This document shows positions 28,350 to 36,497 of a stretch of DNA of 64,000 nt, piece by piece. Numbering within the stretch: the stretch's first letter is position 1; each line of letters opens with the position of its first letter. The notes beneath the pieces are model-generated. The model saw nothing but the letters and a program-made list of their open reading frames with translations. It did not search any database and was not told the DNA's origin. The stretch lies in IMG/VR virus record IMGVR_UViG_3300032313_001158, positions 331 through 64,330 of that record. One strand, given 5' to 3'. Position numbers and translations under genes: made by a program. This stretch comes from a virus (taxonomy: Duplodnaviria > Caudoviricetes).

Positions 28350-28424
28350 TTACATTCTATGCGGTGGAGTTACTGGACTGGGTCGTGGTGGATTTCTTGG
28401 GGGACGGTGTGCAAACCAACTCAT
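28350..28424 (-). CDS. 24-aa proline/arginine-rich peptide (not in ORF track), candidate leader/arrest peptide
   Basis: AAAGGAGA RBS then MSWFAHRPPRNPPRPSPVTPPHRM*. Confidence 0.65.
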   Translation of the reverse strand: MSWFAHRPPRNPPRPSPVTPPHRM

Positions 28425-28445
28425 AATATTCTCCTTTACATGTCA

Positions 28446-28470
28446 TAAAAAAACCTGGAAATTCCAGGTT
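28446..28470 (-). terminator. intrinsic terminator
   Basis: AACCTGGA/TCCAGGTT stem plus U-tract after gene 28469..28825. Confidence 0.7.
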
Positions 28471-28810
28471 ATTTGTAAATTGTTCTAACTCCTAATCCTA
28501 CACCTTTTTTGAGTGGACTTTCGTCTGGTATATAAATTTTATTACCCACTCCTAACATACAGTATTCATCTGTTTGCAAATCGTGTATAAACCAGCTGGT
28601 AGTGTGGGTTTCAAAATTAGCATATACCAAATTAACAGTTCGCTCGTTAGGACTCTGGGTGGCCATGATCAATTTTTCACCATACTTCTCCATAGTCACT
28701 TCAACATCTTCAAAACTGCCACACATAAAGCGAATCTGTTTTGAATTAGGTTCGGCTGTAGCTGCCATGGCTATTGTAGCCAGTAAGATGGCAGCTAATA
28801 AGTTTTTCAT
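28469..28810 (-). CDS. secreted protein with a Cys pair
   Basis: Signal MKNLLAAILLATIAMAATA. Confidence 0.7.
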   Translation of the reverse strand: MKNLLAAILLATIAMAATAEPNSKQIRFMCGSFEDVEVTMEKYGEKLIMATQSPNERTVNLVYANFETHTTSWFIHDLQTDEYCMLGVGNKIYIPDESPLKKGVGLGVRTIYK

Positions 28811-28821
28811 ACTAATATATA

Positions 28822-29454
28822 TCACTTATTTGCTAGCGGATTATCTAATGCTTTTTTAATTTTATCATCTAATTCGCGGCGCAATTGTTTAATTTCTTGC
28901 TCATTTTCTTTTTGCAACTGTCTTACTGCACCATCAACTTGACGTTGTAATTCTTTATTCTGCTGAGTGGTATCTTTTTCTAATTGGCGAGTTATTTTGT
29001 CTACTTCTTGTTTGGTTTCACGTACATCTTTACGTGCATCTTGTACACTTTTATCTGTATCGCGCTGTGCTACTTTACTATCACGTTCCACTGATTCAAC
29101 CACGGTCTCAAGTCGACGTATATCGCTTTTTAGATCATTTTTAATATCTTGGCTGTATTCCACTGTTTTATTAGTGTTTGCTTCTAGCACTTCTAGTTTC
29201 TTGTAGACTTCTCCTAGATCAGGAGTAACATAGTCGGCAATCTTTTGCTTCATGTCCATGTAGTCTTTATAAACTTCAAAAGATCCGTAGAGGCCGCCCA
29301 ATACAGAGGTAACAATGGTGCCAGCTATCATGAGCTTGGCTGGAGTAAATGCATAACCGCCAATGCTGATAACTGTGTTTTCGCTAAGATATTTTTCCTT
29401 AGCAGCTTCTAAATCTTCTACTTTTTCGTCGATGTTTTTGTTTTTGTCTGACAT
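28822..29454 (-). CDS. single-TM protein with a long coiled coil
   Basis: TM segment near aa 40-60, heptad repeats, ends ALDNPLANK. Confidence 0.75.
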   Translation of the reverse strand: MSDKNKNIDEKVEDLEAAKEKYLSENTVISIGGYAFTPAKLMIAGTIVTSVLGGLYGSFEVYKDYMDMKQKIADYVTPDLGEVYKKLEVLEANTNKTVEYSQDIKNDLKSDIRRLETVVESVERDSKVAQRDTDKSVQDARKDVRETKQEVDKITRQLEKDTTQQNKELQRQVDGAVRQLQKENEQEIKQLRRELDDKIKKALDNPLANK

Positions 29455-30888
29455 TTATTTTTCTCCTAATTGGTATTGTTGTTCTATCATCTGTTGATGA
29501 CGGGCTTCACTTGCACCACTCAACAATCTTTGTGCATTTCTATTGTCCACAGATTTTTGATTGGCGTATATTTCTCGTGATTTGTAAAATTGTGTATCTG
29601 GTACTGCGTTATACTGGTAAGCTTCGAAGCCAGGCAATATGCCCATGCCCGATACTATGATATTTTGAACTGCAATAATGTCTTCTTGTTTTTTAGATTT
29701 TGCAATTTCTTTAATTGCATTCTCAGCATTCTTTTTATTTTCGGTATTCTTTTTAGCAATCGCTTCACGTTTTTCTTCCTTTGGAGGTGTACGTGTTTCT
29801 GGATTACTAACTGTTTCACGTTTTTCTTCTTTTGGAGGTGTGCGTGTTTCTGGATTTGGTTCTCGTACTGCAGAATTCACGGCAGTCACTGATGTTGGCG
29901 ATGTGGTTGCGGTTGGTGTGATTGCTTGCGATTCTGCTTGTTTCTGTAACGTTGTTGGGCTGCTAGATGCAGTTGTTGCCAGTGATTGATTAATTAAACT
30001 GCTGTTAACATCTAGTACTACTAAATTTTTTATTGCATAGGCAGTAGCATATCCTTCGCATTGACGATCAAACAAACTATCTTTTTTACATTGTTCTAGG
30101 AAATAGGCTTGTTGATAACCCGGGCATCCTATATCAAATAACGGACTAACTGTACACTGATATACATAATATCCAGGGCAACTTGGACTGTATCCGGGGC
30201 TTATCGAACACTGACGTGTCAAGTATGCGGCTTCATAGCCCGGACAACTGGTTGAACTTAATGGATCGGCTGTGCAGGTATCTCCTTGTGCATAAACTGG
30301 ACGTGAGTATGCATTACGTATATTGGGTCCATAATTGCCTCCCCAAAAACCAGCATCCATGCCTGTAATACCCATGGTGAAATTACCCATGTTGGCCAGA
30401 TCATATGGACTAGCAAATCTTTGTTCTGTGGCCACATTCTGCCACGTTGGATTGTAGGCGCTGTTACCATCAGCAGCATTTTTTGCTCCCAACCCGTAGT
30501 ACTGTGAATATATTGTACCACCACTACCATTGGTAATCGTAATGGTAGCATTCAATGTGTCCTGCTTGGAATTGCTAGTACAATCAGATCCAATTTGTTG
30601 ACCACAGTTGAATCGATATTCAAAACCGTAGTTAAATCCATAAATTTGAATACCTGACCCTTGTAGTGCCTGATTGATAGCATAGGTTTGAGCTATAGTA
30701 CCACTTTGAAAGCTGAATGTATATCCCGGACCACCGGCACCGTCAACACCACCAGCCATACCGCTTCGAGTCCATCCTGTTGCATTGCCGTTTAACTCAC
30801 CATTGACCAGTGCGTTATCTCCAACAGTGGGTTCCACAGCAAATGCCGGAAGTGTTATAAATGCCAGTGCCGCCAAAAACTTTTTCAT
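29455..30888 (-). CDS. secreted Cys-repeat protein
   Basis: Signal peptide, beta-sandwich-like N-domain, four CxxxP/SxxxxxCxGY repeats. Confidence 0.75.
   Translation of the reverse strand: MKKFLAALAFITLPAFAVEPTVGDNALVNGELNGNATGWTRSGMAGGVDGAGGPGYTFSFQSGTIAQTYAINQALQGSGIQIYGFNYGFEYRFNCGQQIGSDCTSNSKQDTLNATITITNGSGGTIYSQYYGLGAKNAADGNSAYNPTWQNVATEQRFASPYDLANMGNFTMGITGMDAGFWGGNYGPNIRNAYSRPVYAQGDTCTADPLSSTSCPGYEAAYLTRQCSISPGYSPSCPGYYVYQCTVSPLFDIGCPGYQQAYFLEQCKKDSLFDRQCEGYATAYAIKNLVVLDVNSSLINQSLATTASSSPTTLQKQAESQAITPTATTSPTSVTAVNSAVREPNPETRTPPKEEKRETVSNPETRTPPKEEKREAIAKKNTENKKNAENAIKEIAKSKKQEDIIAVQNIIVSGMGILPGFEAYQYNAVPDTQFYKSREIYANQKSVDNRNAQRLLSGASEARHQQMIEQQYQLGEK
29764..29856. repeat. intragenic tandem duplication with a 51-bp period
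   Basis: Encodes NPETRTPPKEEKRE twice, with synonymous differences. Confidence 0.85.
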
Positions 30889-31340
30889 TAGTCTTTGCTC
30901 TTAACTTTTTGTGGTTGACGCTTGGGGTCTGATTCCCAGATATCACGAGCTTCTTGTCCAATTTTACCATCAACCGGACAAGGTGTTCCGGCATTCATCA
31001 TAGCAGTGAATACACGTTCGTCTTGACACAGCGTAGCTACCGCTGCCACTTTCATTCCCATATCAAATAGTGTCTTAGATAATTTTAAGCGTTCGCAATT
31101 TTTGTCTACAAAAGTACTACCAATTGCAATACCTAGAATTTGTGTTTGTGCTGCTCCACTAACCCCCACAGCACATAAATCGCTGTTCATGCTGTTGATT
31201 CCTGGCGCTATTGCAGTAGGGGGCGGGGATTTGATTGTTGTTTCCGTTGTACTACGACTGGTACTATCAGTTACAATAGGATCTGCAGCATAAGCCGAGA
31301 TTGACGATAGAATCAAAACTGATAATAATACTTGTTTCAT
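30888..31340 (-). CDS. secreted four-Cys protein
   Basis: Signal peptide; PPPTAIAP...DLC...CERLKLSKTL...LCQD...TPCP. Confidence 0.75.
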   Translation of the reverse strand: MKQVLLSVLILSSISAYAADPIVTDSTSRSTTETTIKSPPPTAIAPGINSMNSDLCAVGVSGAAQTQILGIAIGSTFVDKNCERLKLSKTLFDMGMKVAAVATLCQDERVFTAMMNAGTPCPVDGKIGQEARDIWESDPKRQPQKVKSKD

Positions 31341-31402
31341 GTTAGCTCCTTGGGCATTATTGCCTCTTTTTAGTTCGGAGTCGTGATTGAAAACTGTAAT
31401 AG

Positions 31403-31436
31403 AAAAAAGCTCCTTTGTTTTATTTAAGGAGCTTTT
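31403..31436. terminator. bidirectional terminator with a TAAATA late promoter in its loop
   Basis: AAAAGCTCCTT/AAGGAGCTTTT stem; TAAATA (minus strand) at 31421-31426. Confidence 0.75.
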
Positions 31437-31444
31437 GAAAAAAA

Positions 31445-31768
31445 TTAACTGCTTGGTTCTTCTTTGTATTCAAACCGTCCGCAAACAATATCGTAGAATT
31501 CGTCTAATTCTCCGCCCCATTTGCCTTTAAGGTAGGGACGTAAATCATGACACAATTTTGCGTTTTTTTCTTTATTGGCATTTACAAATTCGTTGTGCAG
31601 TTTTTTCCAGTGATCCAATTTAACTACTTCTTCTATTGGTATTCGATCACCAGGAACTACACAAAATGTTTCTAGAACTTTACCTTCAACGTCAAAAGTT
31701 TCTAATTCTAAAACTGTATATCTTTCACTGAGTTCATCAGCTGCTTGTCTTGAAAAAATAATGTCCAT
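31445..31768 (-). CDS. hypothetical protein
   Basis: 107-aa ORF in an operon. Confidence 0.7.
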   Translation of the reverse strand: MDIIFSRQAADELSERYTVLELETFDVEGKVLETFCVVPGDRIPIEEVVKLDHWKKLHNEFVNANKEKNAKLCHDLRPYLKGKWGGELDEFYDIVCGRFEYKEEPSS

Positions 31769-32322
31769 TATTTGTTTGCACTTTCATATGTTCTTTTCTT
31801 TATACCCGCACTGTTATATATCTGCTGAACAGCCCGGGCTTGATAATAACAATCAATTAAGGCATTGTGAGCACCGTGTCTGTCTTTTTTCCTAGGATCA
31901 CCGTGTACCCCAAACAGGGTACGACTATCTCGTATTTGCCAAAATTGCCATGGTGTTGGACGTTCCATTTGCCTATATAAATCTTCCAGTATAACAATAT
32001 CAAATGCAGGACCTTGACACCAGATATTATCTGCGCCAACGAGAAATCTGTTTAGATCATCTAGCATGGTGTTTAGGCTGATTCTGCCTTCGACACCCAT
32101 TGCTTCTTCACGAACCTCTTCGGTTTGTGTCCCCCACCATTCAACAGTTAGATCTTGAACGTGTCTATCTAAAGCAATTTGTTCATCCACATTGGGTTTT
32201 AGATATAATCCATGTTCGGTGTCGACATCCTCATCCCATGGACTGAATTTAACTGCACCCAGAGTGAGTATGACTGCCCAAGGTCTTGTACTCAGTGTTT
32301 CCAAATCCAACATCACATCCAT
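31768..32322 (-). CDS. DEDDh 3'-5' exonuclease (DUF5051/DexA-like)
   Basis: MLDLETL, QGPAFD, RDSRT and HNALID motifs. Confidence 0.88.
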   Translation of the reverse strand: MDVMLDLETLSTRPWAVILTLGAVKFSPWDEDVDTEHGLYLKPNVDEQIALDRHVQDLTVEWWGTQTEEVREEAMGVEGRISLNTMLDDLNRFLVGADNIWCQGPAFDIVILEDLYRQMERPTPWQFWQIRDSRTLFGVHGDPRKKDRHGAHNALIDCYYQARAVQQIYNSAGIKKRTYESANK

Positions 32323-32798
32323 TATTGACTCCTTAGAGCTTTCTCGGCTTCGGCCGCTGCAACTCGTTTACGTAGACTGCTGCTACTAAAGCTATGATCA
32401 CGTCCGTTGAATATCAATTCAATTTCACGATCCCAACATTCTTTCTTGCCAGTGAAGTCCTTGTTTTCGTATTCTACACCCAGTATTCTAACATCAACTG
32501 GCAATATGAGCAAGAGGTCAATGAGATCTTGTTCAGTTTGATACACAACTATTTCATCCACGAAACGGGTAGCACTTAGTTGTATTTGTCGTTCCACAAT
32601 ACTCTGCACCGGAGGATTTTTACTATCTGGACGATCAATTGTGGGATCTGTTTGCAAGCCAGCAATCAAGTAATCGCAATGATTCTTTGCTTCACTTAAC
32701 ATGGCAATATGTCCGGCATGTAGCATATCAAAGGTAGAGAAGGTGATACCAATCTTAAGGCCCTGTGCCTTAAGCTCTTTGATTTTATTAAATATCAT
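32322..32798 (-). CDS. cytidylyltransferase (TagD-like)
   Basis: FDMLHAGH (HxGH) and SSSSLRKR motifs. Confidence 0.88.
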   Translation of the reverse strand: MIFNKIKELKAQGLKIGITFSTFDMLHAGHIAMLSEAKNHCDYLIAGLQTDPTIDRPDSKNPPVQSIVERQIQLSATRFVDEIVVYQTEQDLIDLLLILPVDVRILGVEYENKDFTGKKECWDREIELIFNGRDHSFSSSSLRKRVAAAEAEKALRSQ

Positions 32799-33110
32799 TT
32801 AGGTTGCTGGTTCTAGTTTGACGTTGAGTGGAAAGCCATTGTTTCGAGCAAGCAATGTGGCTTCTACACCTTTTTGTTCTGCAATTTCATATGGCAATGT
32901 GCTTACTACACTGCTTCCTTCTTCGTGAATTTTCACAGTAATTTCGTGTGCAGTTTCTTCGGTGTGATGAAAAATATTCTTTAGACTTTCAATAACAAAT
33001 TCCATAGTAGTTATATTATCATTAAGATAGATGACATTAAACAAACTGGGAGGCTGCACATTTGTTTTAACCTGAATTCGAGGTTTTACTACGATGTCTG
33101 TTTTGCTCAT
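32799..33110 (-). CDS. clpS: ATP-dependent Clp protease adaptor ClpS
   Basis: PPSLFNVIYLNDNITTMEFV...IHEEG...EIAEQK...FPL. Confidence 0.92.
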   Translation of the reverse strand: MSKTDIVVKPRIQVKTNVQPPSLFNVIYLNDNITTMEFVIESLKNIFHHTEETAHEITVKIHEEGSSVVSTLPYEIAEQKGVEATLLARNNGFPLNVKLEPAT

Positions 33111-33125
33111 AATCTTATTGGGTAA

Positions 33126-33149
33126 AGTAGGGGAAGAATTTCCCCTACT
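33126..33149 (-). terminator. hairpin terminator after hsp20
   Basis: AGTAGGGGAA/TTCCCCTACT stem. Confidence 0.65.
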
Positions 33150-33158
33150 GTTATTATA

Positions 33159-33596
33159 TTACTTAGCGAAAGTAATTGCAATTTTTTTGGCTTTTTGTTC
33201 TTCAGGAACAATATGCTCAAGACTAATTGCCAAGATACCGTTAATTACAGTTGCACCTTTTACTTCCACATTGTCAGCCAAAGTAAAATGGCGAACAAAA
33301 GTACGAGCACTAATTCCTCGGTGCAGGTATTCGTATTCATCCTTTTGCTTTTGTTCGCCGTGAATCGTTAGAACATTTTCTTTGTATTCAATGTCCAATT
33401 CATCTTCACTGAAGCCAGCAACTGCAAGTTGGATGGCATAGTGATTTTCGTCGATCTTTACAATGTTGTGTGGTGGATAGTTATCGGTTTTGCTATTGGC
33501 AAAAGTGCGTCCTAGCTCATTGAATAATCTATCAAAGCCCACAGCGTGGCGATGTAGAGTAGGTAAATCAAAAGTGCTAATTGTATATGTTGTCAT
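33159..33596 (-). CDS. ibpA: small heat-shock protein (Hsp20/IbpA)
   Basis: GFDRLF, YPPHNI, LAVAGF, YLHRGIS and NGIL motifs. Confidence 0.95.
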   Translation of the reverse strand: MTTYTISTFDLPTLHRHAVGFDRLFNELGRTFANSKTDNYPPHNIVKIDENHYAIQLAVAGFSEDELDIEYKENVLTIHGEQKQKDEYEYLHRGISARTFVRHFTLADNVEVKGATVINGILAISLEHIVPEEQKAKKIAITFAK

Positions 33597-33664
33597 AGTC
33601 GTCTCCTTTCATATAAGCAAGTTATGACATATATGAGAGTAGACCCCACCTGGGCATCTACTCT
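33597..33664 (-). promoter_or_regulatory. ROSE-like RNA thermometer leader of hsp20
   Basis: Upstream hairpin plus CUUGCUU positioned to pair with AAGGAG. Confidence 0.65.
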
Positions 33665-33673
33665 GCATATTCT

Positions 33674-35560
33674 TTACTTCTTTTCTGTAAACTCAGCGTC
33701 AACTACTGTGTCGTTTGTGTTGGGCTGTACAGATTCCTCAGCAGCGGGTGCTTGGGTTACTTCATTAATTACCTTAGCAGCTACAAACAATTCTGAGATC
33801 TTGGTCGTGATCACTTCCTGGTCTGTTTCTGCTATTGCCTTTTTGAGGTTGGCAATAGCCTCATCAATTTGTTTCGTCTGATCTTCCGAAAGCTTGCCTT
33901 CTACTTCCTTCATGTCAGTTTGAACCTGGTGGATTACAGAATCCGCTTGGTTACGTACTTCAATTAATTCACGTTGCTTTTTATCAGCATCAGCATTGGC
34001 TTCGGCATCGCGAATCATTTCTGCAATCTGCTCCTGGCTTAGGCCACTATCGCTCTTGATAGTAATCTTGTTTTCTTTGCCAGTTTGTTTATCTCGGGCA
34101 CTTACTTTGAGAATACCATTTGCGTCAACATCTAGGGTGACTTCAATCTGTGGTTGACCACGTGCAGCAGGATTGATTCCTTCTAGGTTAAATTCACCTA
34201 GTAGCTTGTTATAAGAGGCCAACTCACGTTCGCCCTGGAACACCTTGATAGTAACAGCAGGTTGATTGTCTTCTGCGGTCGAGAACACTTGGCTATGTTT
34301 GGTTGGAATAGTAGTGTTCTTTTGTATTAGTTTGGTCATCACACCGCCCATGGTTTCAATACCAAGGCTTAGTGGGGTCACATCAAGTAGTAGAACGTCT
34401 TTGCGTTCACCGCCTAGTACAGCACCTTGCACTGCTGCACCAACTGCTACTGCTTCATCCGGATTGACATCACGACGTGGTGCCCGTCCAAATAACTTTT
34501 CAACTTCTTCTTGTACACGAGGCATACGTGTCATACCACCAACAAGGATAACTTCATCAATGTCCGTGGCAGTAACACCTGCATCACGCATGGCAACACG
34601 ACATGGTTCAATGCTGCGTTGGATCAGCTCATCAACCAATGACTCTAGTTTAGCACGAGTAATCTTGATGTTGAGGTGTTTGGGACCTGTGGCATCTGCT
34701 GTGATGTATGGCAAGTTAACATCTGTTTGTGTGCTATTACTTAATTCAATCTTGGTGCGCTCGGCTGCTTCTTTTAGGCGTTGTAATGCCATGACATCTT
34801 TGCCAAGATCAACACCCGATTCTTTACGGAATTCGTCAATCAAGAAATCCATAATACGTTGGTCAAAGTCTTCGCCACCTAGGAATGTATCACCATTGGT
34901 GCTAAGTACTTCAAATTGCTTATCACCGTCCACGTTAGCAATATCAATAATGCTGATGTCAAAGGTACCACCACCCAGATCGTACACAGCGATCTTGCGA
35001 TCAGCCTTTTCATTTTTGTCCACTCCATATGCCAAAGCTGCTGCTGTTGGCTCATTGATAATACGTAGAACTTCTAGACCTGCAATTGCTCCTGCATCTT
35101 TGGTTGCTTGACGCTGGCTGTCATTGAAGTAAGCAGGTACTGTGATAACTGCCCGAGTAACTTCATACCCAAGATAGTCTTCGGCAGTCTTTTTCATTTT
35201 GCGAAGAACTTCGGCACTGATCTGTGGAGGTGCTAGTTCTTTACCATCTGCCTGTACCCATGCATCGCCATTCTTGGCTTCCATGATTGTGTAAGGCATG
35301 AGGTCAATATCTTTCTGAACAGCTTCTTCCCGGAACTTGCGTCCAATTAGTCGCTTGCTAGCATAGATTGTGTTTCGTGGATTGGTTACTGCTTGACGCT
35401 TGGCGCCGGCTCCCACAATAATCTCCTCTGCGGTGTAAGCCACGACGCTGGGAGTAGTACGTGCACCTTCTGAATTTTCAATTACTCGGGGGATTCCGTT
35501 TTCGACAACTGCTACGCAGCTATTGGTGGTACCGAGGTCGATACCAATGATTGTACTCAT
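33674..35560 (-). CDS. dnaK: chaperone DnaK (Hsp70)
   Basis: [40 protein letters not shown] and VDAEF. Confidence 0.98.
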   Translation of the reverse strand: MSTIIGIDLGTTNSCVAVVENGIPRVIENSEGARTTPSVVAYTAEEIIVGAGAKRQAVTNPRNTIYASKRLIGRKFREEAVQKDIDLMPYTIMEAKNGDAWVQADGKELAPPQISAEVLRKMKKTAEDYLGYEVTRAVITVPAYFNDSQRQATKDAGAIAGLEVLRIINEPTAAALAYGVDKNEKADRKIAVYDLGGGTFDISIIDIANVDGDKQFEVLSTNGDTFLGGEDFDQRIMDFLIDEFRKESGVDLGKDVMALQRLKEAAERTKIELSNSTQTDVNLPYITADATGPKHLNIKITRAKLESLVDELIQRSIEPCRVAMRDAGVTATDIDEVILVGGMTRMPRVQEEVEKLFGRAPRRDVNPDEAVAVGAAVQGAVLGGERKDVLLLDVTPLSLGIETMGGVMTKLIQKNTTIPTKHSQVFSTAEDNQPAVTIKVFQGERELASYNKLLGEFNLEGINPAARGQPQIEVTLDVDANGILKVSARDKQTGKENKITIKSDSGLSQEQIAEMIRDAEANADADKKQRELIEVRNQADSVIHQVQTDMKEVEGKLSEDQTKQIDEAIANLKKAIAETDQEVITTKISELFVAAKVINEVTQAPAAEESVQPNTNDTVVDAEFTEKK

Positions 35561-35625
35561 AGTTTTCTCCTTAAATTAAGCAAGTGGTTGCAGGACCCTT
35601 GCGGCATCCTACACAATTATTTATA
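35561..35625 (-). promoter_or_regulatory. TATAAATA late promoter plus ROSE-like leader of dnaK
   Basis: TATAAATA at 35618-35625; hairpin at 35589-35613; CUUGCUU before AAGGAG. Confidence 0.65.
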
Positions 35626-35659
35626 CCTGTATTATAACAATTTTTTTGTTTTAGAACAA

Positions 35660-35905
35660 TTATTTTGGATTTTTAAATTCAAAATATGTTGAAGCCGAAT
35701 ATTGGGGATTCCATGTAAGCGCAAATTGTGTGTAGTCTTTGTCTGTGGCCAAACACAATCTATAGGTGTATTTGTGCAATTTTGTTTTGTGATGCTCAAT
35801 ATTGAACTTATTTACCCAGTCGTTGATGTCAATGTTGATATGTGTGAGAGCATAGCCAGCAGCCGCTCCACCTGCACCAGACGGCAAACGGAATTCTATA
35901 TACAT
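35660..35905 (-). CDS. small phage protein, FxLxW family
   Basis: RLCLATDKDYTQFALTW resembles the 17.1-18.7 kb family. Confidence 0.65.
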   Translation of the reverse strand: MYIEFRLPSGAGGAAAGYALTHINIDINDWVNKFNIEHHKTKLHKYTYRLCLATDKDYTQFALTWNPQYSASTYFEFKNPK

Positions 35906-36141
35906 CAGTACAATTTTTTAGGTAGCTGCTCGTCGGTGAGTTTTTTCTTCCAACGACGACGAGCTGCTGCTTTGGCTTTTTTTCTGCGGGTGGTGGGTTT
36001 TTCGTAAGTTTCGCGTTCACGTAGATTTTGCAGCAGGCCTGATTCGGCCACTTTCTTCTTGAATTTGCGTAAGGCTTTTTCCACGTTGTCGTGTTGCACA
36101 ACAACTAGATTACCTGTGATTTTATTTGATTTAATGTACAT
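35905..36141 (-). CDS. rpsU: ribosomal protein bS21
   Basis: NVEKALRKFKKKVAESGLL...RETYEKPTTRRKKAKAAARRR. Confidence 0.93.
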   Translation of the reverse strand: MYIKSNKITGNLVVVQHDNVEKALRKFKKKVAESGLLQNLRERETYEKPTTRRKKAKAAARRRWKKKLTDEQLPKKLY

Positions 36142-36146
36142 AGCAG

Positions 36147-36497
36147 CTATTTATCTGAATTGACTTGTGCAGCGAAAAAGTGCAGGGGATCTGGAATTTT
36201 TCTTGTATTTTCTAGATAAAATTGATCACCGTAATAATAAGTTTTATCCAGTAAACATAATTTTTTGTAATTGTTAGATTTTGAGTTTACAATAACCGCG
36301 TCACATGCAGTAACAGCTTGGTCCAGCCAGGCCAAGTTCTCCATGTTTGATGTATAAACATACACATTAAATGCACGTTCTGCATATTGGCAAAACTTGA
36401 TTACAGCATCCAACTCTGATTGTTCAGGATCCACTATCAAAACAGAATACAGGTCATTCGAAACAATGTCCGGTGGAGTAACTAGATTACTAACCAT
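36147..36497 (-). CDS. hypothetical protein
   Basis: 116-aa ORF. Confidence 0.7.
   Translation of the reverse strand: MVSNLVTPPDIVSNDLYSVLIVDPEQSELDAVIKFCQYAERAFNVYVYTSNMENLAWLDQAVTACDAVIVNSKSNNYKKLCLLDKTYYYGDQFYLENTRKIPDPLHFFAAQVNSDK

Noticed and set aside
29764-29856. Direct repeat as a mini-CRISPR or att site
   Set aside because: Only two copies, an in-frame 51-bp period and synonymous differences: an ordinary intragenic duplication.
34266-35111. 281-aa plus-strand ORF
   Set aside because: Antisense shadow of dnaK; long antisense frames opposite hsp70 genes are a known artefact, and there is no RBS or motif.
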